Part shown: in pieces, positions 7,925 through 16,563 of the stretch
Position numbering within the stretch: position 1 is the stretch's first letter
Layout: each line of letters opens with the position of its first letter
Origin: a virus
Lineage: Duplodnaviria > Heunggongvirae > Uroviricota > Caudoviricetes
DNA length: 46,266 nucleotides
Strand: one strand, 5' to 3'
IMG/VR virus record: IMGVR_UViG_2671180743_000008
Program-made: the position numbers and the translations under genes
Notes under the pieces: model-generated
Seen by the model: only the letters and a program-made list of their open reading frames with translations
The model's database searches: none
What the model was told of the DNA's origin: nothing

Positions 7925-10747
7925 ATGACGGCAGAGTACATCAGGGACTGGCAACAACCGCGCCACGCAGTGGGGCGTGAAGGAACGGGGATCCCCGCTC
8001 CTGAATCCGCGCTTTCCTCCTGGCTGGATGCCCACCGGGCAGAGAACGAGCGCCGCCAGGAAATGGCTGATGCGGCGTTCTCCGCCACGCCACTGGGCAA
8101 CCTGATTAATAAAAGCCTGGACGCACAGGAAAAACAGGACAAAACCATCACACTGGCAGGAGACGCCAGAAAACAGGCACGCGGCGCGGTGGATGAAGCC
8201 ATGGCCTCGCTGCGCCTGCTGCCGTCCTATCTGCGCGATCCGCTTATTCGCCACCTCTCCTTCCTGCGCAAAAAACAGGAAGCCGATCGCCGGAAAGGCA
8301 AAAAGAGCTGGCAGGCGGAACGCTATGCACGCGGAACCCTGCGCAAAATATTCGAACGTCTGGATCGCACTGACGGACACTGGCTGACACCGGGTTATCG
8401 CTCCCTTGCCGGACGTGAACGCCTGGACGATTTGCTTTACCTGCCGCAACTCAACAAACACCAGATACAGACGCTGGCCACCATGACGGCGGCGATGTTC
8501 AGCAGCACCTTCGAAAAACTCTGCGATGGTTTTGGCGCGACTGATGGCGAGCTGACCATGGATGTAACGCTGAAGGCGTATCAGATGCTGGCCCGCATGG
8601 CGTTACACTTACACGCCATGCCTCCGCATTATGACGCACTGACAACAGACAAAGACCGGAGGCACGAACCGGACACAGAACTGCTGCCGGGCGCAATCCT
8701 TCGCCTGACCTGTGCGGAATGGTGGAAACGCAAACTGTGGCTGTTACGTTGCGAGTGGAGAGAAGAACAACTTCGCGCCGCCTGTCTGGTTTCCAGAAAA
8801 ACATCGCCCTATCTGAGCCAGGACGCGTTAAGCGAGTTTCGCGCACAGCGCGAGAAAACACGCGATTTCCTGAAAAGTTTCATGCTGGAAAATGAAGACG
8901 GGTTCACGATTGATCTCGAGACGGTGTATTACGCGGGAGTAAGTAACCCGGTTCACCGTAAGGCAGAAATGATGGCCACCATGAAGGGGCTGGAACTTCT
9001 GGCCGAAGCCCGTGGCGACAAAGCGGTGTTTCTGACTGTCACCTGCCCGTCAAAATACCACGCCACAACGGAGAACGGTCATCCGAATCCCAAATGGAAC
9101 GGGGCCACAATGCGCGACTCCAGCGATTACCTGGTTAACACGTTTTTTGCGACGGTCCGCAAAAAACTGAACCGCGACGGCCTGCGCTGGTATGGCATCC
9201 GCACGGCGGAGCCTCACCATGACGGCACCGTGCACTGGCATATGATGGTCTTTGCTCATCCGGAAGAAATCGACACCATTGTGTCCCACACCCGCGATAT
9301 TGCCATTCAGGAAGATCGTCACGAGCTGGGCGATGACATAACTCCGCGCTTTAAGGCGGAGTATGTAGACGGCTCAAAAGGCACGCCAACCAGCTACATC
9401 GCCACCTACATCGGGAAAAACCTGGACAGCCGCGCCGTGGATGGCATCGACCCGAAAACGGGCAAGCCACGCGTTGACCACGAAACCGGAAAATCAATGG
9501 CCGAGAGCGTGGAACGCGCCATCGGCTGGGCGCGCCTTCACCGGGTCCGCCAGTTCCAGTTCTTTGGCATCCCCTCCCGCCAGGTATGGCGTGAACTGCG
9601 CCGCCTTGCCAGCCAGATGGCACGCAACCCGGAAGGCCCGCAACGGCTGAAGGATGACGCAATGGATGCGGTTCTTGCCGCCGCTGATGCCGGATGTTTT
9701 GCCACCTACATAGAGAAACAGGGCGGCGTACTTGTTCCACGCAAAGACTACCTGATTCGCACCGCCTACGACCTCGCCGATGAGCTGAACGATTACGGCG
9801 AACAGAGCGTACAGATTTACGGGATCTGGTCACCACTCATCGGGGAATCCTCCCGTGTGTGCACGCATCCGGATAACTGGAAGCTGGTAAGACGCAAACC
9901 GGAAGCGGAAGACAGCGCCCGCGAAAATGGTTTTGACCTTCAGGGCGGCCCTGCCGCCCCTTGGACTCGTGGCAATAACTGTCCCCGTGTACAGGAAACG
10001 GACAACAACGGGACAGAACAGCCGGAAGAACGGCCAGCACCGTGGCCGCAGCTCCCTGACGGCGTTGATGTGGATGAATGGATGCGCTCACTGAAACGGC
10101 ACGAACGCCGGGCGCTGATGCGTTCGCTTCGTGACAAACAGGCAAAAAACAGCAGTGATGAAATGCAGAGCTGGACACAGAGCCGCAAACAGCAGCGGCC
10201 TTTGCCTGATAACCACGAATTACTCGCTAAAGAATGGCGGGAGTCTGCTGAATCTCTCGGCCTGCATATCGGTGAACAACAGATGCAGCACCTGTTACGG
10301 GGCGGCAGTCTGTACGTTGACGGCAGCATCATTGCACCGCAGGGATTTGAAATTGTACGCAAACCGGATACCCGCCCGGACAGCCGAATCACGCAGCTCT
10401 GGCAGCGCCTGAGCCGTAATCATGGCGTAAGCAGCACGGAGATCCGCCATAACCCGGTCGCCAGCTATCTGACACAGCTGGGGGCATCAGACCCTGAAGC
10501 CGCCGCACGCCTGGCATCCACACTTCAGCAGGACCAGAACACCATGAAAACACCCGTTACCGTGCTTTCTGACATGCTGCGCGCCATCCGCGACGCAGAG
10601 CACGCACAGAGAATCAGTGAAACCACTGAACGCGCCCGCCGCAAAGCAGACCTGCTGCGGGGTGGCCTGACCAGTGGAAACAAAAAACAGACAGAAACGG
10701 GACTCACGAATCCCGTAAATGAGCAAAAAACGCGCAGCGATATATGA
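7925..10747 (+). CDS. A: P2 gpA-type rolling-circle replication initiator (endonuclease)
   Basis: 940 aa; HUH-type motif VHWHMMVF and tyrosine pair YIATYIGKN as in P2 A; longer than the P2 protein as I recall it, with a charged C-terminal tail. Confidence 0.85.
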   Translation: MTAEYIRDWQQPRHAVGREGTGIPAPESALSSWLDAHRAENERRQEMADAAFSATPLGNLINKSLDAQEKQDKTITLAGDARKQARGAVDEAMASLRLLPSYLRDPLIRHLSFLRKKQEADRRKGKKSWQAERYARGTLRKIFERLDRTDGHWLTPGYRSLAGRERLDDLLYLPQLNKHQIQTLATMTAAMFSSTFEKLCDGFGATDGELTMDVTLKAYQMLARMALHLHAMPPHYDALTTDKDRRHEPDTELLPGAILRLTCAEWWKRKLWLLRCEWREEQLRAACLVSRKTSPYLSQDALSEFRAQREKTRDFLKSFMLENEDGFTIDLETVYYAGVSNPVHRKAEMMATMKGLELLAEARGDKAVFLTVTCPSKYHATTENGHPNPKWNGATMRDSSDYLVNTFFATVRKKLNRDGLRWYGIRTAEPHHDGTVHWHMMVFAHPEEIDTIVSHTRDIAIQEDRHELGDDITPRFKAEYVDGSKGTPTSYIATYIGKNLDSRAVDGIDPKTGKPRVDHETGKSMAESVERAIGWARLHRVRQFQFFGIPSRQVWRELRRLASQMARNPEGPQRLKDDAMDAVLAAADAGCFATYIEKQGGVLVPRKDYLIRTAYDLADELNDYGEQSVQIYGIWSPLIGESSRVCTHPDNWKLVRRKPEAEDSARENGFDLQGGPAAPWTRGNNCPRVQETDNNGTEQPEERPAPWPQLPDGVDVDEWMRSLKRHERRALMRSLRDKQAKNSSDEMQSWTQSRKQQRPLPDNHELLAKEWRESAESLGLHIGEQQMQHLLRGGSLYVDGSIIAPQGFEIVRKPDTRPDSRITQLWQRLSRNHGVSSTEIRHNPVASYLTQLGASDPEAAARLASTLQQDQNTMKTPVTVLSDMLRAIRDAEHAQRISETTERARRKADLLRGGLTSGNKKQTETGLTNPVNEQKTRSDI
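10694..10719. repeat. Palindromic element copy 1 (AACGGGAcTcacGAATCCCGTAAA)
   Basis: Imperfect palindrome ACGGGA...TCCCGT inside the 3' end of gene A; a near-identical copy lies 73 bp downstream. Confidence 0.6.
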
Positions 10748-10766
10748 AGCGCGCACAAAACAGGCA

Positions 10767-10793
10767 AAAACGGGATTTCAGAATCCCGTAAAC
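10767..10793. repeat. Palindromic element copy 2, immediately upstream of parM
   Basis: AAAACGGGATTTCAGAATCCCGTAAA between the gene A stop and the parM start; possible operator or centromere-like site. Confidence 0.6.
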
Positions 10794-10823
10794 GATTAAT
10801 TAATCAACATAAGGAAAAGCGAC

Positions 10824-11783
10824 ATGAAAATTTGTATCGACGACGGCTCCACCAACATCAAGCTGGCATGGACTGAGAACGGCGAACGCCGCAACGCCAT
10901 CAGCCCGAACAGCTTCAAGTCGGAATGGTCTGCGCCGTTCGGTGGCATGCAGCCCGCGAACTACATGCTTGATGGCGTGCGCTATGGTTTTGATCCGGTC
11001 AGCGATCGCTTTGTCCAGACAACCGACACGCAATACCAGTACAGCGATGTAAATGTCATTGCCATTCATCACGCGCTGGTCAAATCAGGCATCACGCCAC
11101 AGGAGGTGGATGTGGTTGTCACCCTGCCACTGAGCGAGTATTTCGACACAAACGCACAGCCGGACATGGCCAACATCAACCGCAAAAAAGCGAACGTTAT
11201 GCGCCCGGTGGAGTACCAGAACGGCGAAGCATTCACTATCCGTAACGTGCGGGTTATGCCTGAATCCATTCCGGCTGGCTTTAAGGCACTGGCTGACATG
11301 AGTCCGTTTGAATCCCTGCTGATTGTGGATTTGGGCGGAACCACGCTGGATGTGGCAAAGGTTCAGGGGCAACTGGCAGGTATCAGCCAGGTGTTTTGCG
11401 ATCCACACGTAGGCGTTTCTCTGATGGCCGATGCCGTACTGTCGGTGATGGCCACTAACGGTATGCGCACCAGTCACCACATCGCCAATACCATTATCGA
11501 ACATCGCCATGATGAAGCCTGGCTGCGCCAGCACATCCACAATGACGCGCATTACGCCAGCCTGATGGCGGTTATTCGTGAAAAGGAAGAAACACTGAAA
11601 CAACGCGTGATCCGCGCGCTGGCGGGTTTTTCGGGTTACGGGCGGGTGATGGTTGTCGGTGGAGGGGCGGAGATTGTGGCACCCGCTATCCGCGAAGCCT
11701 GCGGAGTTAATGCGACTTTCATCGCGGACGGGGTGCCACAGTTTGCTCTGGTTAATGGGCTGTACGCAATGGACAAGGAGTAA
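10824..11783 (+). CDS. parM: ParM/StbA-family actin-like partition ATPase
   Basis: 319 aa; N-terminus MKICIDDGSTNIKLAW, internal YSDVNVIAIHHAL, VMPESIPAG, LIVDLGGTTLDVA, GVSL, FSGYGRVMVVGGGAE and C-terminal LVNGLYA all line up with plasmid R1 ParM as I recall it. Confidence 0.85.
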   Translation: MKICIDDGSTNIKLAWTENGERRNAISPNSFKSEWSAPFGGMQPANYMLDGVRYGFDPVSDRFVQTTDTQYQYSDVNVIAIHHALVKSGITPQEVDVVVTLPLSEYFDTNAQPDMANINRKKANVMRPVEYQNGEAFTIRNVRVMPESIPAGFKALADMSPFESLLIVDLGGTTLDVAKVQGQLAGISQVFCDPHVGVSLMADAVLSVMATNGMRTSHHIANTIIEHRHDEAWLRQHIHNDAHYASLMAVIREKEETLKQRVIRALAGFSGYGRVMVVGGGAEIVAPAIREACGVNATFIADGVPQFALVNGLYAMDKE

Positions 11784-11787
11784 ACCA

Positions 11788-12099
11788 ATGACGACACCAA
11801 CCAGACGGATAAGTTTCTATCTGAAGCCTGCGGCCGTCAAGAACGAAAGCGAAGCATGCGCCTGGCTGGGCAGCCTTACACCAGAAGCCCGCAAAAGCGG
11901 CCAACGCGTGGCTTTTCTGGCCGGGCTGGCACTTCTGAAAATGAATCCAGCAGAGGCTTACCGACTGGCTGCATGGGCTGACGATGAGGCGTTATCGGTG
12001 ACACAAACCAGGACAGAACGCCCCGTGCCACAGCCAGTACCAACCGCACAGATAACCAGTCAGATAGCAGGGAATATCCGGGCATTATTTCCTGAATGA
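11788..12099 (+). CDS. parR: ParR/StbB-like partition adaptor
   Basis: Start at MTTPTRRISFYLKP, 5 nt after the parM stop; N-terminal ribbon-helix-helix-like segment and C-terminal LFPE resemble R1 ParR; follows parM as in the parMR operon. Confidence 0.65.
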   Translation: MTTPTRRISFYLKPAAVKNESEACAWLGSLTPEARKSGQRVAFLAGLALLKMNPAEAYRLAAWADDEALSVTQTRTERPVPQPVPTAQITSQIAGNIRALFPE

Positions 12100-12159
12100 C
12101 GAATTTGACGGCTTTTAATTTTATCGGGGTGCACTGTCGCCCCGCACGAGGAAAACACG

Positions 12160-12684
12160 ATGAAAAAATACGAATACATGCTAATGAAAGAAGCACTGCG
12201 GGCTGGTCTGGCTCCCTGTCCTGTATCCGTAGAAGCTGTTGTTGGGAACACGATTTTCCGAACGCTGCGAAATCGCGTATCCGTGAAGATGGTTCACCAA
12301 CCACCCAAATCTACCAGCATGATCTATCTGCCGCTGCCCGAGGCTATCAAACTTATGCGTTCGCTGAAATTTGCGATTTGGATGCAGACACAAATCAACA
12401 AAGCGGTGCAAAACACCTTCGTTAAGAGACTAATACCGGAGCTTGCTGCCAGATGTGCAAAATGTACCAGACCCGCACTTCAATTTGATCTGTCATTGAT
12501 TCAACAAGCTACGGAGGCAGAACTGTACCGCCTGTCACCTATCCGTGATGCTCACACGGAAGCATCAGAAATGTTCCGGCTCATGTTTCAATTTAATTTT
12601 GCCGTTCGACGCACACGCGTTCAGGTCAATCGCATGATGCAGGAGCAGGAAGAGTTAACACAGTACAAAGGGGGCAGCCAGTGA
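12160..12684 (+). CDS. Hypothetical protein (hotspot cargo)
   Basis: 174 aa; good RBS (GAGG) upstream; no family recognised. Confidence 0.55.
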   Translation: MKKYEYMLMKEALRAGLAPCPVSVEAVVGNTIFRTLRNRVSVKMVHQPPKSTSMIYLPLPEAIKLMRSLKFAIWMQTQINKAVQNTFVKRLIPELAARCAKCTRPALQFDLSLIQQATEAELYRLSPIRDAHTEASEMFRLMFQFNFAVRRTRVQVNRMMQEQEELTQYKGGSQ

Positions 12685-12920
12685 GTAATTCAGCACGACT
12701 ACAGCTTGGTTTTTCACCGCTATCAAAAACCATCGTATTGGCAAAAATGCGTGACTTAGGAGACGGAACAAAACGCCGCGTAGGAAATGATCGCGGTCGC
12801 GATGTAACCAACGAGGCCGCTCAACTCGTTTGGCATCTAGTCATGGCAGAAGGCGGTGAAATTAATTGGGAGCTGGATGATGGTTCTCGTATGATTTTGA
12901 GGGCCGAGAAGAGTAAATAG
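12681..12920 (+). CDS. Hypothetical protein (hotspot cargo)
   Basis: 79 aa; start overlaps the previous stop by 4 nt, suggesting translational coupling. Confidence 0.5.
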   Translation: MSNSARLQLGFSPLSKTIVLAKMRDLGDGTKRRVGNDRGRDVTNEAAQLVWHLVMAEGGEINWELDDGSRMILRAEKSK

Positions 12921-12934
12921 CTCAAGGGGGATTA

Positions 12935-13120
12935 ATGCTAAATGATGATGAAGAAGAGCTGCTTATGCAGGAATGGTCGCTCGGTGATTATGATAATGGT
13001 GAAAATGGGTGCCCGCATTGTGGCCGTTATCGTTTATGTATCTGCCAGAATGGAAAACACAGATGTGAAAAGTGCAATTGGTCTCCGGAACTTAATGACT
13101 ACGTGCCGATCGAGTGGTAG
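12935..13120 (+). CDS. Small cysteine-rich (zinc-finger-like) protein
   Basis: 61 aa; acidic N-terminus then CPHCGRYRLCICQNGKHRCEKCNW (four Cys pairs). Confidence 0.5.
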   Translation: MLNDDEEELLMQEWSLGDYDNGENGCPHCGRYRLCICQNGKHRCEKCNWSPELNDYVPIEW

Positions 13121-13160
13121 AGGTAAGTCACACTAGGTGTTTTTTAGTTGATTTTATAAA

Positions 13161-13190
13161 TGCACAATAGTGCACAAATTTGCACAATTT
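13161..13190. repeat. Three TGCACAA direct repeats at exact 10-bp spacing
   Basis: TGCACAAtag TGCACAAatt TGCACAAttt, directly after the last early-region ORF in the non-coding gap that should contain cos. Confidence 0.6.
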
Positions 13191-13611
13191 TTTTGAACGA
13201 CTTTTTGCCCTTCCGGCCCGCGTGGCGGCTGGATCCGTCAAGGATCCGTGCATGCACAAAAAAACGCGTTTTTTCTGCGCGCAGGTGACGGGGGAACAGC
13301 CCGCGTTTCAGGGGGTAAATAGCATTCCCTGAACGATGTCGCAGAGATACAACAGAATGGCTGTATTTCTCACGCTGAGCGTGAAAAAGACGTGAGGGCT
13401 TTTGATTTGATGGGGTGAAAGGTAAGGCCGTCAAAATCGCACTGAGACGGCGAGAATATGCAGTCAACGAGGTGGGATTGCGTAAGAGTCTGACTGTCGA
13501 TGATGGCAATCAGCAGGAAAGCGTCGTGAAATTATCTGACTGATACAGGAGCTGGAGAGTCGGGGCATAAATTTTTTATGCCCCGGCGAAGCAGCAGACA
13601 AGCGAAGCGCG

Positions 13612-14658
13612 TCAGGATGTGGGCTGGGTGTCTAACAGTGCGTAAGGGTTAAAGCGGATCACCTCTTCGCCAAGCCAGTCATTGATGTGCTTCATGGCCT
13701 CCATGACGGGCATCAGCTCGTTAATTGCGTAAACCCGCGCGGCCTTCTCCACATCACCAAACGCACTTTTTTCGCCCGGCATCGCCCCCATCAGTTGCGG
13801 CGGAACGCGGTGCGCAGCCAGCACATCATCACGGGATGCCGCCTTAACATTCATGAACTCATCCTTTGCGGTGATCTGCTGGAACGGCAAAATTTGCACC
13901 CCCTCTTTGCCCCCGTTGGGCGCATGAATGAGCACGTTTTTAAACGCACCACCACCACGTGCCCCCTGTAGCGTTTCTTTCAGGGAGTCCATGCTTTCGC
14001 GGTTTACCTGCGCTGCACCGATGTAGATGATGCACCCGGCGTGGGATCCGTTGTCGTAGTACAGTTTTCTGAACATGTCCGCCGAATGAGAAAGGCTGGC
14101 CGAGAGTAATGCGCCAAGATATTCCGGCATGCCGTAGATTTCCTGGTTAATATCCGGATTCATCAGGTGGCACACTTTGCCAGGACGAAACTGAAACGCA
14201 TCCTTGCCATCCTGCACATACCACCATGATTCAAGATCGCTTCCGCGTCGCATGTATTTCGCCAGGGCGTGCCGTAATTTAAGCGGTTCGCCGAGCATAT
14301 TGCTCCGAAGCTCAAGGAATGCGTTACCGAACACAAACCAGTCCAGCGCCAGCGCCGAGAAATCCTGCCGGGAAAGCAGCGGGTGCGGAATATAGCAGCC
14401 GAGCAATACATTGCGCTTAAAGTAAAGCGCAGACTGATGCCAGGACGTTTGCCGGGCAGCTCTTGCCAGACCGTACCAGTCCACCGGGGTTTCATACCAC
14501 CGCCCGTTATCAGCACAGTACATATTGTCCAGCAGGTCATGCCCGGTCAGGCGGTAAGGACCATCAAATGTGAATGCACTGAGCGACGATTCTTTCCTGA
14601 GCGCATCAGCGAGATCAATGCGTGAACTCATGCGCACTTTTTTATTTTTTCTGCTCAT
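13612..14658 (-). CDS. Q: Portal protein
   Basis: 348 aa; size and position match P2 gpQ; transcribed leftward with P. Confidence 0.85.
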   Translation of the reverse strand: MSRKNKKVRMSSRIDLADALRKESSLSAFTFDGPYRLTGHDLLDNMYCADNGRWYETPVDWYGLARAARQTSWHQSALYFKRNVLLGCYIPHPLLSRQDFSALALDWFVFGNAFLELRSNMLGEPLKLRHALAKYMRRGSDLESWWYVQDGKDAFQFRPGKVCHLMNPDINQEIYGMPEYLGALLSASLSHSADMFRKLYYDNGSHAGCIIYIGAAQVNRESMDSLKETLQGARGGGAFKNVLIHAPNGGKEGVQILPFQQITAKDEFMNVKAASRDDVLAAHRVPPQLMGAMPGEKSAFGDVEKAARVYAINELMPVMEAMKHINDWLGEEVIRFNPYALLDTQPTS

Positions 14659-16409
14659 CAGAACTCCATAACCGTGAAACGCTCGTTTTCTCCTTCGCCG
14701 CCAATCGGTTCGTTAATGACAGCAAGCATGGTTGCCCACGCAAGGTCGCCGTGGCTGATCCCCCTCGCGCGGTCCGTTTCGTAAGTGATAAAACCGCCCG
14801 GTGTTTTCACCTTACGCACGGCGTTAAAGGCCGCAACCAGCTCGCGTTCGGCGCGATCGTATTCCCACCGCCCGGCACGCATTATTTGCAGCATTTTCAG
14901 TACCAGCGACCGTTTTGATGACAGCGTGAAGGTGTAAGGGATGGCGGCGGGAAAAAACCGTTTCACTATCTGATAGACGGCATCCCCGTGCCCTCCCGTC
15001 GCATCAATGCCGATGTGTTCCACGTTGTAGCGATACGTGAACTCTTCAATAACTCTGGCCTGCTCTTCAAATTCCAGCCCCTGAACGCGTCGCGTCTCCA
15101 CCGTTCTGAAACGACCACCAGGAACAGCCGGAGGAACCACCACGGACACAGCGCCGCTGTCGCCGTTACCACTGCTGCCGTTTGCGTCATACCCAATCCA
15201 TACCGGACGATTCCCCATCGGGCGGGGGGCAAAGGGTTTCCAGTCTTTCCAGTCGTCGTATCCGTCAACACCGCAGCCAATCAGGATATTCAGGTTAAAT
15301 GCCGATTCCCCTTCGCGGACAAACTCACACATATAGAGATTGCGGAACTCGTCTTCGGTGTTTTCATCACGAATTTCATCAATATCGGTGTGTTTCCAGC
15401 CGTGATTAACCACATCTTCCAGCGTGACAATTTGCCGCCACGTCCGGTCAGGGCAGATAAGCCCGTTATGCAGCGTTTTCCAGTCCACAGAAAAACGCTG
15501 GCGTTTATGCGCGGCCTTTTTCTCGTTCCAGCGGTCGCCGTTCCAGTAGGCGTATGCCTCGTGCGTTTCGGTGGATGGCGTGGAGAAGCAGGTGCGCCGC
15601 AGTCCGCTGAGGGTTGCCATAGCGCCAGCCACCTTGCGCAGTTCAGCAAAGCGACTGACCCAGAAAAATTCATCAAAATAAAAATTGCCCGTGTAAGATT
15701 GCGCCGTCGCAGCAGAAGTGCCGAGAAAATGCATCTCTGCGCCGTTGGAGAGGATGATTTTATCGCCCCCTTTCAGCTCCACATCGACTTCAGCCGCGGC
15801 CTTCTGAATAATGCTTTTAAACTGGAACGCCTGACGACGCGACGCAGACAAAAAAATCTGGTTACGCTGGTAAGGTTGTGCCACATCGTCACGCAGCGCC
15901 ATCAGCAGTGCTTCCTGTGCAAAATACCAGGTCGCCCCAATCTGTCGGGATTTCAGGATCATCCTGTTACGTATCCCGGCTTCCCTGCAAAGCGTCAGGG
16001 AGTCAAACCAGCCCCGCTGATGCCACTCCAGCCTGCTGATGATTTTTTCCCGCAGTGCGGCAATCTGTTCCGGCGTGAAATGATTTTTGAGTTTTTTCGC
16101 CCGGCCTTTCTTTCCTGTGGCCGTCGCATCCGGCTGGCCATCATGCAGTTTTTTAAGCTGCCGGGTCAGCAGGTCTATTTCCTTAAAGTCACCACCTGTT
16201 TTATTCTGTTTTTCAGTAAGCTGGATGAGGCGCGCATCGATGGACTGCGTGACACGCTGCACGGGTGGCGTTTCATCCCACTGGTCGCGTTTTTTCCACG
16301 CATAAATCGTGTTCGGGTTTATTCCCATCAGACGTGATATTTCTGCGGGCGGATAACCCTGCCAGTAAAGTTGCCGCGCACGCTGGCGCACAAAAGCGTC
16401 CTGAATCAT
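14658..16409 (-). CDS. P: Terminase large (ATPase) subunit
   Basis: 583 aa; N-terminal HTH-like region, Walker A-like GKKGRAKK; start overlaps the Q stop; matches P2 gpP position. Confidence 0.85.
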   Translation of the reverse strand: MIQDAFVRQRARQLYWQGYPPAEISRLMGINPNTIYAWKKRDQWDETPPVQRVTQSIDARLIQLTEKQNKTGGDFKEIDLLTRQLKKLHDGQPDATATGKKGRAKKLKNHFTPEQIAALREKIISRLEWHQRGWFDSLTLCREAGIRNRMILKSRQIGATWYFAQEALLMALRDDVAQPYQRNQIFLSASRRQAFQFKSIIQKAAAEVDVELKGGDKIILSNGAEMHFLGTSAATAQSYTGNFYFDEFFWVSRFAELRKVAGAMATLSGLRRTCFSTPSTETHEAYAYWNGDRWNEKKAAHKRQRFSVDWKTLHNGLICPDRTWRQIVTLEDVVNHGWKHTDIDEIRDENTEDEFRNLYMCEFVREGESAFNLNILIGCGVDGYDDWKDWKPFAPRPMGNRPVWIGYDANGSSGNGDSGAVSVVVPPAVPGGRFRTVETRRVQGLEFEEQARVIEEFTYRYNVEHIGIDATGGHGDAVYQIVKRFFPAAIPYTFTLSSKRSLVLKMLQIMRAGRWEYDRAERELVAAFNAVRKVKTPGGFITYETDRARGISHGDLAWATMLAVINEPIGGEGENERFTVMEF

Positions 16410-16563
16410 TGCTCCCCCTGAGTAATTACAGGAAGATTACCCGCGCGCGAAACCGTTCTCCTTAACCCCCTGTTCTGGCCGTTTTCTTACAACAAAAGCC
16501 CTTTGTATCAGCCTGTTACGCTTTGCCATCATGACTGAAGAACCAGTCAGAGGGGCAAAAACT

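Noticed and set aside
7388-8461. 357-aa minus-strand ORF antisense to the end of the early operon and the start of gene A
   Set aside because: It overlaps well-supported plus-strand genes; its translation is Cys/Gly/Arg-rich and not protein-like; a shadow ORF
13144-13509. 121-aa minus-strand ORF inside the cos-containing non-coding gap
   Set aside because: No RBS or start context; the region carries repeats and hairpins typical of cos or a regulatory region rather than coding sequence
14988-16337. 449-aa plus-strand ORF antisense to terminase gene P
   Set aside because: Completely embedded opposite a gene with clear terminase features; low-complexity Arg/Phe-rich translation
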